Shown here: one piece after another, positions 1 to 13,075 of the stretch
Numbering within the stretch: the first letter of the stretch is position 1
Layout: the number at the start of each line of letters is the position of its first letter
Assembly (NCBI GenBank): GCA_030704615.1
Contig: CM060733.1
Span: forward strand, 22,506,001 to 22,570,000
Direction of reading: 5' to 3'
Length of the DNA stretch: 64,000 nt
Source: Takakia lepidozioides
Lineage: Eukaryota; Plantae; Bryophyta
Program-made: the position numbers and the translations under genes
The notes under the pieces: model-generated
Seen by the model: only the letters and a program-made list of their open reading frames with translations
Databases searched by the model: none
What the model was told of the DNA's origin: nothing

Positions 1-1000
1 TAGGTGGGTTAAAAGCAGCATCCCCCCATACCTCAGGCTGTGGTGTGGCTGTAGTAACAACAGGGTCAGCTACCTGCACAGCCGCTTGCTGTGGTATTGG
101 TACCACTGGCCCTTCTACCACTGACATCTCCTGCACCCCCTGCGAAGAAGATTGAAAAATTAGAGTCCTGGCATGTAAATAAGTAGCCATTAGCTGCTCC
201 TCAAGAACAAAGACTCTCTTGTCAATATTTGAACTCAGGTCATCCACTTGAGTCTGCAGGCCTTCCACGTCCTCCTGTAGCTCCGCTATCCTACTATAGA
301 CATTGTCTATAGTAATTGTGGCAATGTTCTGCACCTGCAATCCGAGCTCATTCATCTCGCCCTGGGTGAGTTTCCGTGGTGCTTTGCCTTCTACCGGCCC
401 TTGTACTAACCAGACCTGCATAAGGTGGTTATCCATCAAGTCGTGTGTGGCACCCCTGAGAGTCTGCTCCTTCGTGAGTCTGTACACATCTAACTGCTGC
501 TGTAAAGCCTCCATGCGCTTTGCATGAGGTTCAACCAGACCCGCATAGGCAACAGCCAGATTATTGGCTTCCTTCCAAGCCTTGTTAGCCACAAAGAGTT
601 TATTTCTATTGACCATGACTGTTTGTTGCAACTCCAGGATGTACCTCTCCTGGTCAGCCTCAACCTGTCTGTATTGTTTGAAAGTATTCTCATTGCGACA
701 AATTGTATTCTTCATATCAACAATGAGTTTTGCTTGCTCTATTATCTCAGCTTTTGCCCTCATACATCTCTCCCCTTGTCTGTTAACTTCTAATGCAGTT
801 TGCTCAAGAGTAGTTGTGAGTGTAGCACATTGTATGGTCTTCTTCTCATGTACTGCCTCCAACTCTATATGTAGTACATTCACTTCTTGCAACTTGCCCT
901 CATGCTTCACCTGCAATTGGTATAACTGTTGCTTATGTGCTTCATGCAAGTGGTCTTGCTCGAGGCCTGCTTCAATCAAATGTCCCTTGGCCAACTGCAA
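1..1000 (-). mobile_element. Fragment of the gypsy extra (coiled-coil) ORF, paralog of ~58630-59637
   Basis: Direct-orientation nucleotide similarity to ~58630-59637 along the whole length; the shadow ORFs 303..527 and 58940..59164 are near-identical. Confidence 0.85.
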
Positions 1001-1033
1001 GGTAGGGGGCAAAATGTATGGTAGGGGGAAAAA

Positions 1034-2807
1034 TACTATGGTAGGGGGCAAAATGTATAAGCTAGGACCTGATGGAGTATTTAAACGATGCTTGTACCAC
1101 CATGAAATAAATAAAGTTTTGGAGGAAGTTCATAAAGGAGTGGCTGGAGGTCATTTTGGAAAAGAGACTACCAGTAGAAAGATACTACTTGCAGGTTACT
1201 GGTGGTCTAATTTGTTCAAGGATGTACACAAGTATTGTCAGAGTTGTGATGAGTGTCAGAGGCTAGGACCATTGCAGAGATCTGGGAAGATGGATTTGCA
1301 TCCTACGATGCCTACTGAACCATTTCAGAAATGGGGACTAGACTTTGTTGGACCAATTAACCCACCAGCCAAGAATACACAGAACAAGTATATAATCACA
1401 GCCACTGATTATACTACAAAGTGGGTGGAAGCTAAAGCTCTGAGGGACAACACAGCTAAGTCCACAACAAGGTTCCTGTATGAGAACATACTTACACGAT
1501 TTGGCTGTCCCCTAGAATTTATCAGTGACCAGGGAAGTCACTTCATTAATGAGACCATAGAATTATTAACTAAAGAGTTCATGATTGTGCATAGGAAGAG
1601 TACAACATATTACCCACAGGGTAATGGGCAGGCAGAGGCTACCAATAAAATACTATGTACTATCTTGGCTAAGATAGTCAATGCAAACAGAACAGATTGG
1701 GATACAAAGCTGCTAACAGCTTTGTGGTCATACAAGACTTCATATAAAGTCACCACTAAGTATACACCATTCCAATTAGTTTATGGTATGGAAGCTTTAC
1801 TTCCAGTGGAATTCTTGTTACCTACCATGAGAACTGAATGGGGAAGGAGAATGGAATTGGAAGATTCAATTAAGGTCAGGAAACATGAATTATACCATGT
1901 GGAAGAAGTACGTGCTGATGCAGCTGATAACATGACCAGAATTCAGATGAAGATGAAAGATCAGTTTGATGAAGGTAAATTAAAGACTTTTAAGACGGGA
2001 GATTTGGTACTGTGGTTACAGAAGAAGGGGAAGATTAAAGCTTCTAAGCTTAAATCACCATGGAAAGGACCTTATGTCATACAGAAGATGTATGATAATA
2101 ACACCGCCATGTTACAAACCATTAACAAAGAAATGCTGGGGAGAGTCAATGCCAATAAGTTGAAGGGATACAGTGGTATCCATGATAAACCATTGCAACA
2201 CGATTTGCATGTTGAAACGCAAAAACAGTCACGGGCTGCGCCAGTGATACCAACAGAGTATGGAGCACTTGTCGCTAAGCCGAGCGTGTATGACCAGGGT
2301 GGGAAGTATAGGTGTTCGCATAGCTATCACAGCCCATCACTGTGCCACACAGCCTATCACAGCCCATCACAGTGTGACACAGTCTATCACAGCCCATCAC
2401 AGCGTGACACAGCCTATCACAGCCCATCACAGCGTGACACAACCTATCACAGCCCAACACAGCGTCACACAGCCTATCACAGCCCATCACAATGTCACAC
2501 AGCCTATCACAGCCCACCACAGTGCCACACAGCCTGTCACAGCCCAACACAGCCCATGTAGGTTACACAGTCCATTAGGTCAGTGACAGGTGGACGCGAA
2601 TTAACGTCAGAAAAGTGGCCATCAAATGAAGAAGAAGTTTGGAAGTCAAACTTGGAGAATATGCCTCGCGGAGAGGGGAAGTCGGGGGCATGTCTAGAAA
2701 AGGACACGTGGCCACTAAGGCGAAGCACACCGCACTGCATTGATTGCAAGAGTGGGTCTCATCATGCAAGAGGACAAATCGGGCCGTCAAAGTACCTACC
2801 CGGTACA
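1034..2807 (+). mobile_element. Ty3/gypsy integrase (HHCC zinc finger, DDE core, GPY/F) plus downstream region
   Basis: Motifs H...GGHFG...[27 protein letters not shown] and WKGPY. Near-identical to the integrase in ORF 60499..63255, in the opposite orientation. Confidence 0.95.
2325..2555 (+). repeat. In-frame 27-bp tandem repeat ([13 protein letters not shown]) after the integrase
   Basis: Repeated acagcctatcacagcccatcacagcgtgac units; homologous array at ~61865-62060. Confidence 0.9.
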
Positions 2808-3028
2808 GGGGGGCTGTTATTTCATGAGCGGCATGAGCATGAGCGGAAAAAAAAAAGCATGAGCAGACCATTGTGAGTCCACGGAAATAGGGTTAGGAGG
2901 CACGGAAATAGGGTCATGTGAAGTTGGAGTGTGGCACCAGTGGACTTGAAATGCAACATTTTATTGCAAATTTTGTGGCAAGCCACGTCTATACAAGTGT
3001 GTTCTAACTGTCATAGCCGGAATGGGCA

Positions 3029-5372
3029 CTACTCTCCTACACCCTCCGAGGGACTTGCCCCACCTTCTTCCTCATCCCCCTCATCCCCCTCATCCTCCGA
3101 GCTCTGTGATGCATCAATTCCACTATGCCTCTCAAAAATCCCGTCCTCTCCTTGGGGGACTGTCCACCTCACCTCCTGGGAATCTTCTGCGTCTTCTCCC
3201 CCACTTTCCTCAGCAGAATCCAAGACAAATCTACGAGCCCGACGGGCTCTAATAGCTGCTGCCTCCTCCCTCATCTTCATTTTCTTGAGGCTTGCCTCGT
3301 CTAAAATCTGCTGTACACGACTAGGTTCGGAACACCTCCTAATGGACACCGAAGCAAGCCGGGCAGCATAAGTAGGAAGGATGTACTCCCTTTCTGGACT
3401 AGGCATGAAATCCCCCCTGGCAAAAAAAGGCACGTTCCTCCTGCCCATGAACTCCGGTGTAGACGTCCCTCCGGCAGTACTTGGCATCCTACAGTAAGAA
3501 CAAATCCACTTCAAGAATGTCAATACCAGCACAACCAGAAAGGGTTTTCAATGAAATAAGAGAGCGGAGGGAGGTGCCTCACGAAATCTGGAGGCAACTT
3601 ACAATGCCACCACTCACTCGTAAACCGGGGGCTCCTCGGCCTCGATCCCAACTTCCTCCCCCTGCTCCTTCTCGGATTTTTCCTCATCCTCCGAGGATGC
3701 CTCTTCCTCTTTCGGCAGACGTTCAGCCGCTGCAAGTTCCGAGTTGTGGAGGGCAGTATCTGGCTCGAAGGCGAACACATGCCTGTCGGACAACGTCCCT
3801 GCCCACATTGAAGCACCTGAGGAACAAAGCGGGCGGTTAATAGCTTGCGGCATGCAATTGCAATCGGGCCAGGGGACAAACTGAGCACGTGAAGGCTTAC
3901 TCGTGCCGCATGTGAGGTCCAGAATCCGCCCTTGGACATCCGAGCACGTCTCCATGAGGGTTTGGATGAAAGCAGGGCTCCGGGTCCGGCTGTACCGCCA
4001 CGGTTTGCCTGTCTTTGTGTCCGTCGGCATACTGGAGTGGGGCACATAGTTGTAGAGGACATCGTAGGTTACAGGGTCCACAGCGGCATCAACAAGACGA
4101 CCGTCGTTGCGGAATTTGAACGTAGACCCTCTCTTCACAAAGCAATATGCCTCAAACACCAATGTCTGCACATCCAACAAAGAAGGGATCAACTCCAAGG
4201 TCTACTTAACATACACCACAATATGAAGTGAATGCAATAGATTGATAACTTACACTTTGGCCCTCTGTTCGCAACCCCTGGGTACTGATGCAAAACCATT
4301 TTCTGAGGAGGACCGGGGTGACACTTTTCGGTGTCCACCTTGCCACCGCATTCTCTGTGGTCTTCCCTCTCGTGGCAAGGACAACCACACATCCACCGTC
4401 ATCCAGAAGCATCCCCGCCAGCCCAAACCCGGCTTTCCAGTAGTCCTCAGTAAACCTGTTCCAGGTGGTACACCATCCAGGCCCTCCAGCAGCTCCCCAT
4501 CTGGAATGTCGAGGAGAATCATGTCGCAAGCTCTCTCCACCTCAACCCCCCCTCGAGTGCTCTTGCAATCCGTGCTCACAGCCGTGAAGAATTCCATCAT
4601 GGCTTCAAAACCAGGGGTGTCTTTAGGCTCTGTACCGCCAGCCCTCTTCTTGGCTTTCCCCTTCTGCTCCGCCAGAGACTTGCTGTGTGCCACCTTCTTC
4701 ACCCTGGCAGCGAGAGCATCAAGGAAGCTCTCATTGACGCATTGGATGATGGTTGGAGGTTCTAGCTTTGGCCTGTGCGTAAACGTCACCGCCGAATACC
4801 GCCGTGTAGGCTCGCCCTCAAATGCCAACTTCTTGGCAGAGCCAGTCCCACTCCGAACTGACTTGGGAACCCGGACGACCGGTGACTGGGTAGGAGCAAC
4901 AACAGTCGCAGGACCTTGAACAAAGTCGTCGTCCGAGTCACTCTCTTGGGTCCCCTCCTGCGCCTCCTCCGATGCCCCGATGGTTTTCTGTTTTTTGGGT
5001 GTTACTGCACTCACCTATTTCCTTTTCCTGTGGCCTTTACTCTTCTCATGCAATTTCTCCTGAATTCTTGCCTGAGCAAGCTCTGCCGCTTTCCTGGAGT
5101 TCGCAAGCGCTTTTGCCTCTTTTGCACCCAACGGAGGCAGCGGAGCCCGGTTTCGTCGGAATTCAGCATCCAGCTTCAATTGAAACTCGGATGGGTCGAG
5201 CGAGCCGGGCGGAAGGTCCACATACCAAGGGCAATCACGCAAATGTTCCAGATGCCATTTCTTCACAATATCGTCAGTGTACATGGAGTCAGCCCCAGGG
5301 TTCCTCCATGCCAGGAAGAACGGTGGCTCGAAAGACAGATGACCTTTCTCCAAAAGGGAGAACTTGCAGTAC
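3029..5372 (-). pseudogene. 3' part of a spliced gene with a beta-class N4C/N6A DNA methyltransferase-like domain and an acidic tail
   Basis: Exons 5372-4254, 4165-3901, 3816-3618 and 3488-3029 joined by frame-preserving GT-AG introns. Motif IV-like CDMILLDIPDG (DIPD at 4499-4510) followed by LLDDGGCVVV. Pre-motif-I RSPAFIQTLMETCS, then motif I RILDLTCGTSASMWAGTLSDRHVFAFEPD after removing the 84-bp intron. Stop at 5015-5017 and a frameshift near 4463. Confidence 0.7.
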
Positions 5373-5449
5373 CTGCATTCATGAAAAACACAATGAGGTC
5401 CCTGAAATGCATATTCGGTACCATTTTCCCAGGTTGGGGTGGATGTGAG

Positions 5450-5715
5450 TGGGCCTAGAAATGGAAAAATGGCGCCGAATTTCGGTTTTCGGTGACTGCC
5501 ACCCTAGGGACTTAGCCATCTTGGGAGCCCTGAATTGGAAATTCGGCGCCATTTTTCCCGGTTTGGCCCGAAGATGGCTAAGTCCCAGAACCGCAATAGG
5601 GCCTAGAACTGGAAAAATGGCGCCGAATTTCCAGTTCAGGCCCAGCCACCCTAGGGACTTAGCCCGAAAATGGCTACGTCCCTGAACGGCAATAGGGCCT
5701 AGAACTGGAAAATGG
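5450..5715. repeat. Intronic array of GGCGCC-centred palindromes, homologous to 43630-44010
   Basis: Units such as ggaaaaatggcgccgaatttcc and ggaaattcggcgccatttttcc; ~5522-5715 is nearly identical to ~43642-43832. Confidence 0.9.
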
Positions 5716-6371
5716 GTAATGCGGCAAAGATATGTCGTCAGTAACAAGTCCGCTCATGGTTTTTTAGATCCGCTCATGGAAATGAGTGACCGTGCAACGA
5801 GAAATCCAGTATACCACGGCAAAAGGACGTCGCATACGGGCCTGTATAGAGTATTCCGCGGTTTTACATGCCTTAACATTGGAATGAAGCTGACCCTTTT
5901 GCCGCGATTGAACCAATAGAGTCTGCACCAATAGAGTCTGTAGTGCTTCACAATTCTGTCATCTTCGGGTATTCGGCGGGAAAGGTTTGCGACTCAACTG
6001 GGAAATGCGGTGCCGGATTAGGGTTCGCGCGTGCAAAATTTCTGGGCGGTTTGGTGTTGGCGAAGGCCGCATCTACCAGTACCTACGACGTTACTTGGAA
6101 ATGCGGCGCAACATTTCCTTGCTGGGGGTCGAATGAGGAAAGCAAAGTTTGGGAAAGCAGAAAAACAGGAACCCTCGAGCACACAAAAATACATGCACGT
6201 GGAAACACAAGTGAATGACATAGTATTATCTTAGTTCGAGCAAAACAGGTTACTGGTAGGCAAGACATAAGTTGGACCTTTCTGTGGCCAGAGTCAGAGC
6301 TACTTGCAGCAGTACAGTTCTACTATCCGAAAAGGATGGGCGTACCATTGTGTTGGGACCGTAAGCCAAGC

Positions 6372-7448
6372 TCAGTGGTCCCCTGGATCCATATTCAGAA
6401 GAGTGTGCACCTCTTGGGGGCTCAACCCTGGTGCATGTATGAAGTGATGAATTGTGGAATTACACCGGAGTCTCTTTAGGTACACGTAGTACAGATGCTT
6501 GCAAGGGCAGTATGATGCCCCCTTGTTCGCCATGATCTGGAAGTCGGTGCAATTGCAGGTGGGTAATTCTGAAATGGTGATGGTGTACACCTCATTGCAA
6601 ACAGCTGAGCCTGCCGTGGCCATCTGATACACACGCCCGAAGCCTGGTGGGGGCACTTCTGTCGAGCTCTGGATTGTACAGTTCATCCGAAGTGCATTCC
6701 CCATCCTTGTCTCGTTCACTTTTGAGGGAGGTCGCCGTCTCTTCGGTTTCCCCCAACGGTGTGTAGGATGCTTAGAGCTGTTGTGTCCCATTGTTCTTGC
6801 TCTCACAGGGGTCGGTGGTGGAGGCTATGGAAGCAGAAATGGTTGTCTGGGGACGTCAGTGCGCTGCACCATCCGAAATCCTGCGGCGGTAAGGGCGTCG
6901 GCCTCAATCTGACTCAGATCGCAGCCTGGTTCCACCGGCCACACCAGGGGAGCTCTGGCATTGTTTGTATGCCGTACTTGGGCTTTCCATATACGCAAGT
7001 CATAATGTCGTGCCTGCAGAACCAGAACTGGGTGGTTGTCGCCTTCGCAAACTTTGCATGGACAAATCTTCCTGTAAAAGTAGGAGCAGGGACAACCCCA
7101 TCTGGATTCCTGCTTTGGTCTGGCTCCGGGGCTCAATTTCACCTCCTCTTTTATGATGTCGTGTGCTTCCTGCATAGCCTCATGCATGTTGCCTCTCGCC
7201 AAGGGGTGGCAGTGGACCCCAACGTGTATGCAAGCTCTAGTCAAGTCCGTGAGCAAATGGATTACGTAATATTGCTTGGCTCTGCACATGGACATGCATG
7301 TCGGTGGTTCTTTGCAATGTGCGCACTTGAAAGTACCCGCAGGAGCTTGGCTGGAGACAATGAATGGATGATGTGTTGTGCCAGTCCAATCCGTCTCGTT
7401 TCTCCGCCCTCCTTTGGAGAGAAAGTGGAAGCAGGCGGGATTGATCAT
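6372..7448 (-). pseudogene. Internally deleted MULE-like transposase (N-terminal C/H zinc-binding domain plus C-terminal SWIM finger)
   Basis: SWIM motif PTCNCTDF...CPCKHLYYV. N-terminal CAHC...CMSMC...IHVGVHCHP resembles WRKY/GCM-like MULE DNA-binding domains. The CxFH core seen at 38.1 kb is absent here. Confidence 0.65.
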
Positions 7449-7459
7449 ACTCTCCAGAA

Positions 7460-7950
7460 TGGAAATGCAGTACCATATTTCCGTTCTGACTGAAATTCGT
7501 CAACCACCGGAACTGAAATGCGGCACCGCATTTCCGTCCGAGTCGCACCTTCCGACATTCCAGAACGGAAATGCGGCGCCGTATTCCATTTTGTATCTGT
7601 GGCATGGAGCTGTGGGACGGAAATGCGGCACCGCATTTCCGTCCGAGTCGCACATTCCGACATTCCAGAACGGAAATGCGGCGCCGCATTTTCCGCATTT
7701 CCCTTTTGTATCTCAGGCATGGAGCTGTGGGACGGAAATGCGGCACCGCATTTCCGTTCAACAACTAAGGTATGTGAAGGTGGAACGGAAATGCGGTGCT
7801 GCATTTTCGTCCAACAAATACGATATGTGTAGCTTCGGGATGGTACTTAACGGAAATGCGGCACCGCATTTGCATTTTCACTCTAACTCATCAGACGCTG
7901 GGACGGAAATGCCATGATATGTGAACACGTGGACTAACGGAATTGCGGCA
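7460..7950. repeat. Array of GGAAATGCGGC(G/A)CCGCATTTCC palindromes between divergent genes
   Basis: Multiple copies, e.g. at 7516, 7567, 7619, 7672, 7734 and 7852; further copies near 6001 and 6097. Confidence 0.9.
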
Positions 7951-8309
7951 CATGTCTGCATTCTATCTGACTGAAGTGGCAGGAGGCGGCGCGGCCTGAC
8001 CGTTGGTTTATGATGTTTCTTTTTCAGACGGCAGGCGTACCCTTGACGATTCGAATTTCGTAATGACGCATAGTCCATGAGGAGACACTTTCGTTCAAGC
8101 CTTTCGACCCCAAGTGATGCATCACCGCCGTTTCATCTTCTTTTGTCGTGTCTACTCAGTCATCCCTCTCGCGCCCTTTCCATCTGCACTCTTCGCCCCT
8201 TTTCCCTGTCTCTGTTCTTCTTATGCTCGAACCTGAGAGGGAGGGAGTTTGTGCATCAGAGCAGAGACATCGTCGCAAGCTCCAAAAATTGTACTTCGGA
8301 CATAGGCCA

Positions 8310-9792
8310 ATGCCGAAGGGGAGGAAGCAGATGCGTCTACAGGAGGAGAAAGCCATCTCATAGCAGCAGGCCACGCAGGCAACCCAGCCACCAGTGAGAG
8401 CTCCGTGTTATCGGGATGCGCGCAGCTGATCGAGCACCGAAACCCCCCTCATTTTTCTTCTGCAATACTTAGACTCTATGCTAGGAGACTTGAATATAGA
8501 ATATGTTTGCATGCCTAACCGGAAAGGTGGACGTGCTGGAGGGATCGCAGGAATCCAAAGAGCCGCAGGAAGAGTCCGTGGAGCTAGCTGCAGCACGCAC
8601 ACCCAGCCGATCCACGAGCACGGGTCTTCCTGCCGGGCCTAGCCCTGTGCGTTTCAAGGACGCGGCTTTGAAGGGCAAGTCTTTGCAGTTCAAAGCCCCA
8701 GAGAGCGACTCGCGTTCAAAGGTCATGGAGAATCACCAGCAGGGGTCGGGCCCTTCTCCAGCAAAGACGAAGAAGAAGCAACCCGTCCTTCAACTGGTTT
8801 ATGAACCGGACTAGGCCGTTTCCCCCCCAACCCACACGAATGAAGCAGAAGGGTACAGGGCAGATTCAATTGCAGCAGACACCTTCACCTGCAAGAATGA
8901 GGAAGCACAAGGCAATCAGGGGGAGGGCGGAGCAGTCTCCCGCAAAACCGATTCCACGAGCTGAAGCCCAGTTCCTGCTTGATTTCCAGCCTGGTGATGT
9001 TGGGGTCGTCTCTACTGCAGCGAAGGCAATGGGATCGACCGATTTTGTCGATCTGTTACCGGAGGAGGGTGCTGCCGCTCAACGTTCGAAGCAACACCTG
9101 ACCACCGTTGAGGAAGATCTTCATAATACTGCAGGCCTGGAGGAGGCCTCTGCAATGGCAGAATTGCCCGCAAAGATTCCCAAGAGTGCAGCTCCAGTTG
9201 GGGATGCTCCAGCTGCTCAGCCCCTACCGCCATCTGCAGAAATGTCTCCGGAGGAATTCCAAAGTGCAGCGGATATTATGCAATGTATTCGGCCACATCG
9301 GGAGACATCGTTATCTGGTACACAGTTTACACAGAAGATACTGGTTCGAATGTGGAAACATTGTCCGCTTTTGAGTATATCCCAGGCCACTACGCCTTCG
9401 AGCGGGGTGACGATCTCGGTCTGAGGAGTCCGTGGCTCCTGCGCATCCTTGATTCCGATTTTCCCAGCTACGACGGGCACCCATGCGGAAGAATGCGCAC
9501 TGCTATGCTGTTGCGGTGGAACTGCTGCCAGTGGACGTGGGTGGACTCCATCGGAGAGACATATTCTCCTGAAGGAGTGCGCTCCTCTTCTCCATTGTAT
9601 GGGGACATTCGCATTGGTGTGGACGACAAAAACGTGAAGCTTTCCATATTCGATGGTGGTATGATTGAAGGGCACGATATTGTGGTGAACATCAACAGGG
9701 GTGGTACAACGGCTGCAATCCAATTTACCTGGAGGAGCCTGATGACTCATGAGCTAGTTTTCAGAGCAGTCGAAGTCCCATTGACAACGTGA
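8310..9792 (+). pseudogene. Degenerate cargo gene of unknown function inside the TIR element
   Basis: Successive overlapping plus-strand ORFs (8503..8814, 8801..9424, 9283..9792): a low-complexity N-terminus and a globular-looking C-terminus. No recognisable motif. Confidence 0.4.
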
Positions 9793-12059
9793 CTTGTATT
9801 CAGAAGGCACAGGGCTAAAGATTTGTTTCCACAATCAGCACAGTAGACGTGCTTCAAATGCAATTCATGTGGATCAATAAAAACCCCATAGTGCCGTCTT
9901 TTTGTTCTATTCTGTATCCATCGTTCCCAGAATGCATCATTCCACATTTCGTTTGGGATTGGGAGTGTGGGTGGATTTTGCAAGTGGCTGGTAGGCTGAA
10001 ATGGGCCCCCATTGTATAGAGCAGTACCACCCTACCATTCGCGAAACATTGCCTTTCAATATGTAATTCTAAAAAACATTGCCGAACCTCCTTCATCGGG
10101 AGGTCCTTCTCCCCCTATGACCGTGACACCCTAAACCCTATTCCCGCGGACACTCATTTCCGGAAAATAGTCCTGCTCATGTTTTTTTCGACACTTACGA
10201 CTTTGCTCATGGCTCATGCCGCTCATGGCTCATGGCTCATGAAATAGCAGCCCCCCACCCAACCAATAGCACCCCTCTCCACTTGGACTCAATGACAAGG
10301 AATGCAACATCCCATCGCCCACCAAGTCCTGGTGTGGGAAAAAGTGAGGGAGAGAATGGCCTCCAAGGCCTTATAAGCCCCCCCTCCACACTCGGGGCGC
10401 GCGCTGTCATCATGACTGTGCACGCACTACAACAAATTGCGGCTTTTACGTCTCTGTGTTATGACTGCAAATGCAGTCATGGAAGCCATTTACGACTTCC
10501 TGACTCTGCAGACGTAAAGACCTAGTCAGTTGTGACATGGCAGATATGACTCTCCAGGCTGGCTGTCACGCGGCGCCAGAGCAGCTGTGGGGGTAGTCAT
10601 ACACGCTGGCATTACTGAATGACTGAACGGGTCCATGTCAGCCGTTGTGTAATAGAGACACGTGCTCTGTACAGAACACGCCACGTGTCAGACTGCGACA
10701 CCATCCGACTGCAGAGGAGGGAATCAGACGTTAGCATGTGTCGCATCGTGATTTTGACACGTGGTTCCTCATGTCAATTGACACGCGTCGCTGTTGGGGG
10801 TTGTAGATTTACTTTATTGTTATTATAATTACTAAAATAATAATTATAATTATTTGTTATTATAATTATTATTACTGACCAACATGGGATAGTGGCACAT
10901 TATTAAATAACGAATTTTTGAAATTATATTCTTAGATAAAATATTTATTCACTCAGATACCAAAACACACCCTTACGGGGAAGGAGAGTTTGCCTTAGTG
11001 CCTGTGCTGAATTGCATATGCTACTGTTACCTGTTTATGGATACTTTTTTATTGTCACTTTGGCAGTATCATATCAAAGTCACTCCAAACTATCTACCAT
11101 CTACCCATGACCATCTACCCATGCAGGTTTCTTGTAGCTATCCTTCCACAGGGAATCATCGGTAATCTGGAGCTTGAAATCCGGCTTTCTTGGATGATCT
11201 GGACCCACACTCTATCCCTGCTCCTTCAGCTATCCATGCCTCTGCATAGATCATGCATATATCCTTGCATTGCTGTTAGCAGCTGACAATGACAGCCTAC
11301 ATTTGTTCCAGCAAACACCCAACTCAACTTACCACACAAGTTCCTATCCTCAATTGCATCTGTTACTCTCTGTAATCCAACAGGCATTTACCTTTTTGCC
11401 TCGGTTGTCCCACCATTGACTGGGGTCAGAAAAGTAGTCATTCCACAGCTTCCCCTCATCTCCGTTAACTGTTTTTCGATACTTTCCTGTTGTCACATTG
11501 GCAATATCATGTCAAAGTCACTCCAAACTAGATTCACTCAACCAGCTAACTTGCAGACATTGAAATTTAGGGCCGGTTCTGATAAGAGGGAAAAACAGGG
11601 TGAAATGTGTTGAAGAAGGTGCCTTTATTAGCAGTGCTTGATTTTATCAATTGTGCCGCTACTCCTGCGGCTTCCAGTTCACCATCTACCCATGCAGGTT
11701 TCTTATAGCTAAATCCACAGGTAATCATAGGTAATCATGTGCTTGAAATCTGGCCCTCTTGGATGAATCTGGACCCATACTCTATCCCTGCTCTTTCAGC
11801 TATCACTGCTTCTGCACAAATCATGCATACTTCCTTGCCTTGCAGCTGATAATGACAGCCTACATTTGTTCTAGGAAACACCCAACTCAGCTTATCACAC
11901 TAGTTCCTATGCTGAATTGCGTCTGCCTTCTATAATCTAACAGGCATTAACCTTTTTCCCTCGGTTGTCCCACCATTCCACAACTTCTCCTCGTCTCTGT
12001 GACCTGTTTCTAGATACTTTCCTGTTGTCACATTGGCATCATGTCAAAGTTCAGATCGA

Positions 12060-13075
12060 CATCTAGTACAATTCCACCATGAACCTCTTTGCTATTTTGC
12101 AGGGCTGCCAGGCTTGCACACATGTTGCAAATGTAACAAACGCGATGTGGTTGCGCTGCAGTATCCTTTCCCATACCACTTGCTCATAGACCTCTCCAAA
12201 GGGCCTCCATCCTGTGCCGCTGTTGTGCATATCCTGGGATCATCATCCCTCCATGCACCCCAATTTGGCATACAAGTCCACAAGGGCATAGTTCAGAACA
12301 ACATTTGTTTAATTCCAGCTTGGACGATCAACATCACAAACCCCGTCTTCACTCATTGCCTACTCTAGGTAAGTGCAATTATGGGCTAGGCTGGTACCAC
12401 ATCTCATTCAGCCATATTATCAAAACAACCATGTATCCTTGTAGTTGCACCCTGCAACCTTGGCATACATGTCCACTACGACAACGTTCAGAATCACATC
12501 AAATACAATACCAGCTTTGACAATATCACCGTGGACCTCTGTACCCTTTTTCAGGGCTGCCAGGCGTGCATTTGACATACATATCCACCAAGGCAGTGTT
12601 TAGAGTGACATCTAGTGGTACAATTCCAGATTTGATAATGGACCTTTGCGTCCTTTCCAGGGCTACCAGGCTCGCATTTGATATACATGTACACCAGGGG
12701 AATGTTCAGAATGACATCAGGTACAATTCCAGCTTTGATGATGTCACCATGAACCTCTTGGCCCCTTCCCAGGGCTGCTAGGCTCGCATATGCATATTAA
12801 CAAACACAAATGAATATGACCTGGTTTGGCTTCATCCTTTCCCACATCATTTGTTCTTAGGTTTCCAAAGCCTTACTCCCACACCTATGCTACACACACC
12901 TTACAATCATGGCAGTCCACAACACCACATCTCATTTAGCCATGTTGTCGAACTCTCCCTTTGCATCAGGCTTGCTGCACCCACATTTGGCATACATGTC
13001 CACTAGGGCAGTGGTCAGAATGACAACTAGTACAGTTTCAGCTTTGACGATGGCACATGGCCAAGAGATATCCCA
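12060..13075 (-). pseudogene. PLS-class pentatricopeptide repeat gene fragments inside the CACTA element
   Basis: Minus-strand translation near 12900-13050 gives ILTTALVDMYAKCG...FDNM...DVVLWTAMI; similar motifs recur (GQEVHGDIIKAG). Stops and frameshifts present. Confidence 0.8.

Larger units (their letters stand above)
2808..10256. mobile_element. Mutator-like (MULE) TIR DNA transposon, probably deleted or chimeric, carrying an MTase-like gene, a SWIM transposase remnant and an unknown gene
   Basis: Left end GGGGGGCTGTTATTTCATGAGC (2808) and right end GCTCATGAAATAGCAGCCCCCC (to 10256). Imperfect inverted similarity extends ~110 bp and includes CATGAG repeats. No TSD found. Confidence 0.7.

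Noticed and set aside
564-1033. Cys-rich N-terminus of the 665-aa ORF as a real domain
   Set aside because: It is the antisense reading of the inverted extra-ORF fragment, joined at the ~1000 junction.
3029-5372. Bacterial contamination as the source of the MTase/ParB motifs
   Set aside because: The gene has frame-preserving spliceosomal introns and is nested among plant TEs.
7237-7917. ORFs with repeated EMRRRIS/GNAAPHF peptides (also at 55-57 kb)
   Set aside because: These are translations of the palindromic DNA repeats, open in several frames on both strands.
2799-10266. TSD for the TIR element
   Set aside because: The flanks cccggtaca and acccaacca do not match.
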